Positions 55,964-64,000 of a stretch of DNA of 64,000 nucleotides are shown here, piece by piece (position 1 is the stretch's first letter; every line of letters starts with the position of its first letter). This stretch comes from Rebecca billardiae RCC1528 (taxonomy: Eukaryota > Protista > Haptophyta). The notes under the pieces were generated by a model. It was not told the DNA's origin. It did not search any database and saw only the letters and a list, made by a program, of their open reading frames with translations. A program made the position numbers and the translations under genes. The DNA is taken from the NCBI GenBank assembly GCA_965240325.2, contig OZ251225.1, positions 2,356,001-2,420,000 of the forward strand, given 5' to 3'.

Positions 55964-57580
55964 TCAGGCGCACGGGAGCATGTCCTCGCGATCGGGCCCA
56001 ACGCCCACCCATGAGACCGGGATGCCGGCGAGCTCCTCGATCGTCTTGAGGTACTGCCGCGCGGCCGCGGGCAGCTCGCACATCTTCTGGCACTTGGCGA
56101 TGTCCTCCTTCCAGCCGGGCACCGTGATGTACTCGACCTCGACCGCGGCAAGCTCTTCCAAGCTCGCAGGCATGCACGTGGGTGGCAACCGCTTCCCATG
56201 GAGCTTGTACGCCACGCCAATGTTGATCTCGCTCAATCCTGAGACGCGGCGCACACCACAGCGGCGCGCAGCGCGCGTCACGCCCGTCCGGCAGCATGGA
56301 TGCCCGCGCGCGCGCGCAGGCGTGGCCGCACCGGTGAGCACATCGAGCTTAGTGATGTTGATCGAGTCGTACCCGTTGATCGCAGCGCCATACTTCACCA
56401 CCTGCATGTCGAGCCAGCCACACCTGCGTGGCCGGCCGGTCGTCGTGCCGTACTCGTAGCCCACGTCGCGCAGCCGCTGCCCGACCGAGTCGTTCAGCTC
56501 GGTCGGGAACGGCCCGGCGCCCACGCGGGTGGTGTACGCCTTCACCACGCCGATCACGCAGTCCATCTGCTTCGGGGGCACGCCAAGCCCCGTGCACACG
56601 CCACCGACCGTTGTGCTCGACGAGGTGACGAACGGGAAGGTGCCAAAGTCGATGTCGAGCAGCGCAGCGTTGGCGCCCTCCACCAGCACACGCGAGCCCT
56701 TGGCCATCTCCTCGTGCACGAAGGAGAGGCAGTCGACGATCTGCGGCGCCAGGAGCTTCGCGTAGCCCAGGTGGCTGCGGGCGCGCGGGGACAGCGCGCC
56801 CAGACGCAGGGCGCGTGGCGACAGGTGAGCGCCCGTGCGGGCGTGGGGCGGCGCACCCCGCGCGGGCGCGCGTGGCGCGGCTGCACGCGCCACGCACCGC
56901 TTGATCTCCTCCTCCTGGTCAATCTCCGCGACGGCCTGCTGGTAGTGCCGCTCCTGGAACTTGTACAGGTCGCGCATCTTCCCGGGCAGCGTCGCGGCGT
57001 CGAGCAGGTCGACGAAGCGCAGGCCGTTGCGGTTGATCTTGGACGCGTAGCACGGGCCAATGCCGCGCTTGGTCGTGCCGAGGGCGCCGGTGGAGGAGGA
57101 CGACTTCTCGGCCTCCAGCAGGCCATCGATGGAGCGGTGCGAGTCGAGAAGGACCTGCGCGCGGTCAGAGATGAACAGCCGCGCGAGCGCCTCCGCGTCG
57201 AACGACTTCAGCTGCTCGAGCTCCTGCATGAGCGTCGGGATGTGCACGACCACGCCGTTGCCAATCAAGTTCTTCGCGCGCTTGTTGATCATGCCGCATG
57301 GCAGCAGGTGGAACGCGTACTTTTGGCCATCGACGACGAGTGTGTGTCCAGCGTTCGCCCCGCCGTTGAAGCGCGCGCACACCTGCGCATCCTGCGCAAG
57401 GATGTCCACCAGCTTGCCCTTCCCCTCGTCACCCCACTGCCCTCCGAGCACGATGACCAGCTTCGCCGTGCGCCCACTGATGTCACCGCGCTTCTTGAGG
57501 AAGCGCGAGAGCGCGTAGAGCGCGGCCGCCCCGGCGACCACCCCGGCGGCCACCATCCGTACCGTGCCCGTGCTCGCCAT
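55964..57580 (-). CDS. ADSS: Adenylosuccinate synthetase
   Basis: Exons 57580-56898, 56774-56332, 56238-55964; GQWGDEGKGK, GGANAGHT, GTTKRGIGP, EYGTTTGRPRRCGWLD. Confidence 0.98.
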   Translation of the reverse strand: MASTGTVRMVAAGVVAGAAALYALSRFLKKRGDISGRTAKLVIVLGGQWGDEGKGKLVDILAQDAQVCARFNGGANAGHTLVVDGQKYAFHLLPCGMINKRAKNLIGNGVVVHIPTLMQELEQLKSFDAEALARLFISDRAQVLLDSHRSIDGLLEAEKSSSSTGALGTTKRGIGPCYASKINRNGLRFVDLLDAATLPGKMRDLYKFQERHYQQAVAEIDQEEEIKRCVARAAAPRAPARGAPPHARTGAHLSPRALRLGALSPRARSHLGYAKLLAPQIVDCLSFVHEEMAKGSRVLVEGANAALLDIDFGTFPFVTSSSTTVGGVCTGLGVPPKQMDCVIGVVKAYTTRVGAGPFPTELNDSVGQRLRDVGYEYGTTTGRPRRCGWLDMQVVKYGAAINGYDSINITKLDVLTGAATPARARGHPCCRTGVTRAARRCGVRRVSGLSEINIGVAYKLHGKRLPPTCMPASLEELAAVEVEYITVPGWKEDIAKCQKMCELPAAARQYLKTIEELAGIPVSWVGVGPDREDMLPCA

Positions 57581-58080
57581 GGCCCTTGGCGAGGCTAGCC
57601 GCCCCGACGGCCTCGTGGATCGCAACCAATCTTCTGATGCGCGTTCTGGGTGCTGCTGACGCGCGATAAATTCTCGCGTCGATCGTCGTCACGAAAAATC
57701 GCGCGCGATCTCGCGTCGTCGTCACCGTGTCGACTAATTCTATGATTTAAAGACACAGGCACGAGGGCGCAGCTCTCCTGATTCGTCTGTAGTGGTACTG
57801 GTCGAAGCTTGCAAGTTGCAGCAGTTGCAGTGGTGTGAGCGCGTTGATGTTGGTCCCCATGGCGGATGTCGTTGTTGTCGTCGTCCGGACGTCGTCAGGC
57901 CCACCAGGAAGTGCATGGGTACGAAAACAAAGGCGAGTGAGCATGTTGGCGTCGGCCAGGCCTTCCCCTACTTGGTCAGCAGCTGGTGCGGATGATGTCG
58001 TCGCCTACTTGGTCAGTGGCAGGTCATGGTGGACGATGGTGTAGCCTGTTCTTGGTCAGCAGCTGGTGGATGATGTTGTG

Positions 58081-58898
58081 GCCGAAGTTAGTAGTAGTTG
58101 GACTTGCCTGAGTTAGTAGTAGTTGGACTCGCCGAAGTTGGCGTAGTGGTTGGACTCGCCGCAGTTAGTAGTAGTTGGACTCGCCTGAGTTAGTAGTAGT
58201 TGGACTCGCCGAAGTTAGTAGTAGTCGGACTCGCCGAAGTTAGTAGTAGTTGGACTCGCCGAAGTTAGTATAGTAGTTGGACTCGCCGGAGTTAGTAGTA
58301 GTTGGACTCGCCGAAGTTAGTAGTAGTTGGACTCGCCGAAGTTAGTAGTAGTTGGACTCGCCGAAGTTAGTAGTAGTTGGACTCGCCGAAATTGGTAGTA
58401 GTAGTTGGACTCGCCGAAGTTAGTAGTAGTTGGACTCGCCAAAGTTAGTAGTAGTTGGACTCGCCGAAGTTAGTAGTAGTTGGACTCGCCGGAGTTAGTA
58501 GTAGTTGGACTCGCCGAGGTTAGTGGTAGTTGGACTCTCCGAAGTTAGTAGTAGTTGGACTCGCCGAAGTTGTAGTAGTAGTTGGGCTCGCCGAAGTTAG
58601 TAGTAGTTGGACTCGCCGAAGTTGGTAGTATCTTAGTTGGACTCGCCGAAGTTAGTAGTAGTTGGACTCGCCGAAGTTAGTGGTAGTTGGACTCTCCGAA
58701 GTTAGTAGTAGTTGGACTCGCCGAAGTTAATAGTAGTTGGACTCGCCGAGGTTAGTAGTAGTTGGACTCGCCTAGGTTAGTAGTAGTTGGACTCGCCGAA
58801 GTTAGTAGTAGTTGGACTCGCCGTAGTTAGTGGTAGTTGGACTCGCCGAAGTTAGGTAGTAGTTGGACTCGCCGAAGTTAGTAGTAGTTGGTCTCGCC
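58081..58898. repeat. 25-bp minisatellite (GAAGTTAGTAGTAGTTGGACTCGCC), about 32 units
   Basis: Contiguous units with scattered substitutions and small indels; no unique spacers. Confidence 0.97.
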
Positions 58899-60164
58899 GT
58901 CGGGGACTGGTTCCGGTACTTGTGGGGGATGGTCGTGTCTCTGCTGGGCCTGGTGGTTCTGGTTGAGCTCGTCGTCCTCCTCCTCCTCCTCCCCCCCCCC
59001 CCCCCCCCCCCCGCCCCCCGCGCGCGCGCTTGGGCAGTTCCCCCACCCTCCCCAGCAGGGGCCCCTGGCCAGCCTGAGTTCCGCCTGCTGGCCAGTGGCC
59101 TCAGTGGGCCTGACCTGGCAGTGCCCTTGGGACTGTGGTCCTGTAATGGCCTCTCCAGTGAGAGATGACCCTGGTCTGTCCGAGTGCGCCCGCTGCCAGC
59201 CTGGTGGCCACTTGGGGCCAGGGTAGCACCTCAATGTGCAGCGCGGGTCGTGCCGGTTGTACTGGGGGGAGCCTGGGCTGTGGAAGACCTGGACCATCCG
59301 AAGAGGGGCGCCGGTGTGAGGGTCTCTGGTGACCAGGACGACTGTGGTGTTCGCCCCTGCTGCCACACAGGGGAGGAGTGCATCTGCCAACGGGGTGCCA
59401 GCCTCTCGTACAGTGCCCAGGGTGGCAGCCGCTGCTGCTGCCCTCTGTGCGCTCCCGTCGGGCTCGAGGTGGGCCGGCTGGGGGGGCACTGCGGCCGCCA
59501 GGACCCCTTGGTGCTGCGCACTCAGGGACAGGGCGTGCTGTACGGTGGCTTGCCTCAGTGCCTGGGCGCTCCTGGTTGCCCCTGCTGGGTCTTCGCGGGC
59601 CCCTGCGCGGGTGACGCCCAGTACCGCAAGGAACCCGCAGTTGGCACCAGTGCCATCGACGTCAGCATCCTGCAGTTCAGCTGCTGCAAAGTAGGCATTG
59701 AGGGCCTGTTGGCCAGGTTCCTGCTGGGCCAGTGGGCCAGGGGGTGGAGGGGCCCTGCTGCCGGCCGGGGGCTGGCGCCCCCCTGCTGGGCCCTCCTGGC
59801 TGCTTGATGGGGGTCGGGGGCCCTGTGTTCGGTCAGGGGAGGGTGTGAGTCTTGGGCCGCTGGCGGACGATCCCTGGGTCTGCCCATCTCTGGGGCTCGC
59901 TCCCCCTGTGAGGCGGCCGCTGCGGAGAGCGGTGAGGAAGTGCGCGAGGTCGTACCGGCGCTGGCGGCCCTCCGTCCCAGCTGTAGCTAGCTCGAGGCGC
60001 TTGTGGTGGATGTGGGTGGTGACACTGACGATGGTAGAGTGTAAGCTTCCCACCTTGTAGCTGCCGTCCCGCCCGGCTGGCTGGCCATCCTGCTCGTCTG
60101 ACTGGTCTGCATCGGCCGAGGCGCTGTTACTGTCTCCCCCGTCCCGCGCGGTCCGCCAGGGGTT
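58878..60164 (-). mobile_element. 5'-truncated ORF fragment with OTU-like cysteine protease motif, probably TE-derived
   Basis: The frame stays open upstream of the listed start, up to the 47-bp motif. Contains DVDGTGANCGFLAVL...LRQATVQH. Visibly CpG-poor compared with host genes. The stop codon lies in the first satellite unit. Confidence 0.55.
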
Positions 60165-60211
60165 AATCTCGCCTGCCTGAGCTGTGTGCGTCTCTTATTC
60201 TTAGTAAACTG
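60165..60211 (-). repeat. 47-bp motif copy, reverse orientation
   Basis: AATCTCGCCTGCCTGAGCTGTGTGCGTCTCTTATTCTTAGTAAACTG is the exact reverse complement of 25853-25899. Confidence 0.92.
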
Positions 60212-60401
60212 TTTTGCGCTCTCCTGGGCGGCTGCCGCTGGGAATCTTGCTGGATCGAAAAAAAAATCCCTCTACTGCGACCAGCACAATTCGTGCCAAA
60301 ATAACCCAATTCGGCCCAAAGTTGCATCGAGCAGCATGTCCGCTTCACGTACGTCCATCCCGGGCATGGGGCCGTCCGTGGTGGCGCGCAGCTAAAGTGG
60401 C

Positions 60402-63400
60402 ATGGGTCTCTGTGCGTCGAAGCCCGCGCCGGGCGCGCTGGGCGCTCCGCCGCCATCGAGTGGGCAGGGAGCAAACTTTAGCGACATCGCAACGGCCTCC
60501 TCCTCTGCTCCCCCCAGACTCGACCTCCATGCGCGCGCGAGCGCGCCGACCGGTGCCGCCAGCGCTGAGCAGCCTGCACCGCTCAGTGGTCGCAGCTCAG
60601 CCCGCCGAGCGAGCTCGGAGTCGGTTGCGCCAGCTCGCAGTGCCACTGATGGCGCCGAGGTTGCAGTTCCGATCGACGAGCAGGCACCTACCGCGGTGGG
60701 GAAGGGCGCCGGCCAAGGATCTCCGCGCGCCATGGCGCCGCCTGCGGCTGAGGCTGACGTGGAGGCACATACGCCGATCACCAGCACGACCGACATGGCT
60801 GCCGCGCAGGCATCGGTGCTCTCGCCTGGCCAGACGACTCCGGCCGCCTCCGAGCCGCCGTCGCCGCCACCAGAGCCTGCGGAGGCGGACGTTGCGGCGC
60901 CAGCGACCGCGAGAGTGGACGCAGCCAACGCGCCAGCCGCGGACCCCGAGCCCGCACCTGCGCCCGCGCCACCGCCACCGCCACCGCCCGCGCCTGCGCC
61001 ACCACCCGCGTCACCGCCGGTCGCCACCGCGCACGAGCTGGTGGGCGCGTCTGACGCGCACCCGCTGGTGCGCGCCATCGAGACGGCGGCCGCCCACGGC
61101 GTGGAGCACGCGCGGATCAGGCGATTCCTGGCGCTCGCGCCCACGCCGGCGGCAAGCGCGGAGAATGCCGAGTGGGTGCGCTGGGTGAACCGCGTGCTCG
61201 CGTGGTCTGCGAGCGCGGATGCGTCCGCCGCGCGGCCGGCCGCGGACGCCAGCCGCCGCCGCAGCGTGGGCACAGGCTGCACGATCGGCGAGACGGCGCT
61301 GCGCGCGATCACGCTGCGCCAGCTCGAGGCTGTGTACGCCGACGCGTGCGACGCGTGCCGCCGCGACGGTTGGACCGCCACCCTCGACGGCAGCGCCCTC
61401 TCCCCCGAGGGCATCACGCTGTACGACCTGAACCAGCACTACATCAAGCCGAGGACGGAGGAGCGCAGGTGCTCCCTCGTCGAGCTGATCGCGGACGGGC
61501 CGCAGCCGCCCGACTGGTTCGTCTCGCACTGGTGCGCGGCTGCGCGCCCGCTGCTGCGCGCCCGCTGCTGCGCGCCCGCTGCTGCGCGCCCGCTGCTGCG
61601 CGCCCGCTCGTCTCTCTCGCGCCTCGCGCCTCGACCGACGCACGCCCCGGGCGCCTGCGCGCCGCGCCGCGCGCCGCGCGGCGCAGGTGGGGCGAGCCGG
61701 TGCGCGACTTCATCCGCTGCCTGCGCCAGCACGCGCGCGACCGGCAGCTGAGCGACGGCACGGCGTTCTGGGTGTGCGCGTACGCGAACAACCAGCACGA
61801 GATCGACGAGGAGCTGAGCGGCGGCATCGCGCGCTCGCCCTTTGTGCGCGCGCTCCACGTCTCCTCGGGCACCGTCTCGGTGGTCGACCCGCGCGGCCTG
61901 TACTTCACGCGCGCGTGGTGCGCGTTCGAGGTGTACAAGTCCGTGCTCGAGCTCGGCGTCTCGTACACGCACGACATCTACACCGCGGTGCGCGCGCTCG
62001 ACCGGCACGAGCGCGCGGTGGAGGCGGTCGGGCTGATCGACGGCTTCGCCCACGACGACCTCGACGAGCTGACGGGCGAGGCGGACTCGGAGCACAAGGC
62101 GCGGCGCGAGGCGCACTTCCCCGCCACGCTCGTGCGGCGCGCGGCGTCGTTCGCCATCGGCGAGGCCAAGGCGAGCGAGCCCTCGGACGAGCGCGCGATC
62201 AAGGAGGCGGTGGGCGGCTCGGAGCCCAAGGTGAATGCCACGCTGCGCGCGCGCTTTGGCTGCGGCACGCTGCCGCGCCTGCTCGGCGCGGGCGCGGACG
62301 CGGACGACTCCGGCGGCGGCGACGGCGCGGACACGCTCTCGAGCGTGTGCGCCGCGCTGAAGGAGTCGGAGCTGCGCAAGCTCGCCGTGTACTGCGACGA
62401 GCCGTCGGCGCGCGCCGTGCGCCAGCTCGGCAGCGCGCTGCCCAGCCGGCTCGAGGAGCTGCGCGCCGAGCGCATCGGGCGCTCCGCGCTCGCGCCCGCG
62501 GCGGCCCTCGTCCGCGACGGCGTGCTGCTGCACCTCGAGCTGCGCAGGTGCGGCCTCACGAGCTCGGACGCGCAGCTGCTCCGCGCCGCGCTCAGCAACG
62601 CGCGCGCGCGGCTGCTCACGCTCGACCTGTGGGAGAACGAGCTGGGCGACGGCGGCGCGGCGGCGCTGGGCGCGGGCCTGCGCGAGGCGGGCGCGGCGTC
62701 GACGCTCACGGCGATCGATCTCGGCGGCAACGACATCCACGCCGACGGGATGGCCGCGCTCGCCGACAGCGCGCACGGCAGCCGAGCGCTGCGCACGCTC
62801 TCCCTCCGCTTCAACGACGGCGGCGACCGCGGCGCGCTCGCGATCAGCGCGCTGCTGCGCGCCTCGCGCAGCCTGCGCACGGTGAACCTCGAGGGCAACG
62901 GCGTCGGCGCGGCCGGCATGCGCGCGCTCGGCGCCGCGCTGTGCGCGAGTGAGTCGCTCTCGACGCTCAAGCTGACGGTGAACAACGTGGGCGACGGCGG
63001 CGCGGCCGAGCTCGCGGCCGGGCTCAAGGCGAGCCGCACGCTCGGCGCGCTCCACCTGGACGACGGCAGCGTGGGCGCGGGGGGCGCGGCCGCGCTCGCC
63101 GACGGGCTGCGCACCAACAGCAGCCTGAGCCACCTCTCCCTCGTGAACAACCGGCTGGGAGACGGCGGTGTCCTGGCCATCGGCGAGTGCCTCGGCGTGA
63201 ACGGCGCGCTGCGCTTCCTCGACCTGCGCGGGTGCGCGGCGAGCAGCGCAGCCGCTGCCGCGCTCGCCGACGGCCTGCGCGCGAACAGCGCGCTCACCGA
63301 GCTCTCGCTTGCGGAGAACCGCCTCGCGGACCCGGGCTGCAAGACGCTTGCCGCCGGGCTCGGCGCCAACCGCGCGCTGCGCGCGCTCGACATGCGCGCC

Positions 63401-63816
63401 AACAAGCTGGGCGACGACGCTGCCGACGCGCTCGGCGAGGCGCTGGCCCTCAACGGCTGCCTGACCGCTCTCGTCCTCGAGCACAACTCGATCGGCGACG
63501 CTGGCCTGGCCGCGCTCGCTCGGGGCCTTCGCGAGAACTCGGCGCTGCGCAGCCTCAACCTGCGCGGCAACCTGGTCGCGGACGACGGCGCCGTCGCACT
63601 GGGCAGCAGCCTTGCGCACAACCGCGCGCTCGAAGGGCTCACGCTGCGCTCGAACCGCGTCGCGGACGCCGGCGCGACCGCTCTCGGCGAAGCGCTCCGC
63701 GTCAACCAGACGCTGCAGGCGCTCGTCCTGCAGCACAACAAGATCGGCGTGGCCGGCGCGCTCGCGCTCGCGCGGGGCGTTGAGGCCAACGAGGCGCTGA
63801 CGACACTCGACCTGGG
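60402..63816 (+). CDS. TIR/HET-like domain + RI-type LRR protein, paralog 2 (continues beyond the window)
   Basis: Exons 60402-61531 and 61687-63816, then a GTGCGC donor. Starts MGLCASK; WFVSHW|WGEP, FWVCAYANNQ, FTRAWCAFEV; about 15 28-aa LRRs. The exon-2 frame is absent from the ORF track and was translated by hand. Confidence 0.88.
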
Positions 63817-64000
63817 GTGCGCACGCTGCGCCGCGCGTCGCAGCATGCGGCTGGCGCGCCCTGCGCCGTCCGAGCGCGCGCGGAGCCCACCCGCTTGCAG
63901 CCTGCCGCTCCCATGGCTCGTAATGACCTTCCGCTCGCATGCTCACCCACACGCTCACCCACTCCCACGCGCGCCCCTGCGCATCATCGCGTACTGCACA

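Noticed and set aside
58081-58898. CRISPR array or telomere
   Set aside because: Units are contiguous with no unique spacers, no cas genes are present, the context is eukaryotic, and the array is interstitial with no TTAGGG-type unit.
36836-60211. One 23-kb transposon bounded by inverted 47-bp motifs
   Set aside because: No matching TA duplication at the right end, the interior contains ordinary housekeeping genes, and unpaired copies are common.
61439-63958. 839-aa and 622-aa minus-strand ORFs (likewise 6916-8829, 22703-24634, 43685-46033, 47295-48866)
   Set aside because: Antisense or alternate-frame shadows of high-GC3 genes on the other strand.

Overview
Eukaryotic nuclear DNA, very GC-rich. 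Introns are short and CG-rich (mostly GTGCGC...GCAG); intergenic islands are AT/TA-rich and full of repeats. The style resembles a haptophyte alga such as a Pavlovales species (inference only). Most ORFs in the supplied track are GC shadow ORFs. Manual splicing gives about 20 plausible genes: a tandem divergent HSF-domain protein, an LRR receptor-like protein, a TLC protein, bL36m, an SLC1 transporter, VPS26, GrpE, an XK-like protein, a HERC-like E3, a nucleotidyltransferase/GT8 head-to-head pair, adenylosuccinate synthetase and several unknowns. Highlights: (1) two paralogous, probably N-acylated TIR/HET-like + RI-type LRR proteins with no NB/NACHT domain; one encodes eight consecutive LRRs on single symmetric phase-2 exons, the other about 15 LRRs on one exon; (2) a GNAT acetyltransferase fused to a Cys-less pentameric ligand-gated channel with no signal peptide; (3) several small mobile elements: a P/Galileo-like foldback with a 7-bp TSD, Helentron/HINE-like elements, a 47-bp Tc1/mariner-like end motif that recurs upstream of genes, and an OTU-like ORF fragment running into a 25-bp satellite. 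All domain calls come from motif recognition by eye, not database searches.
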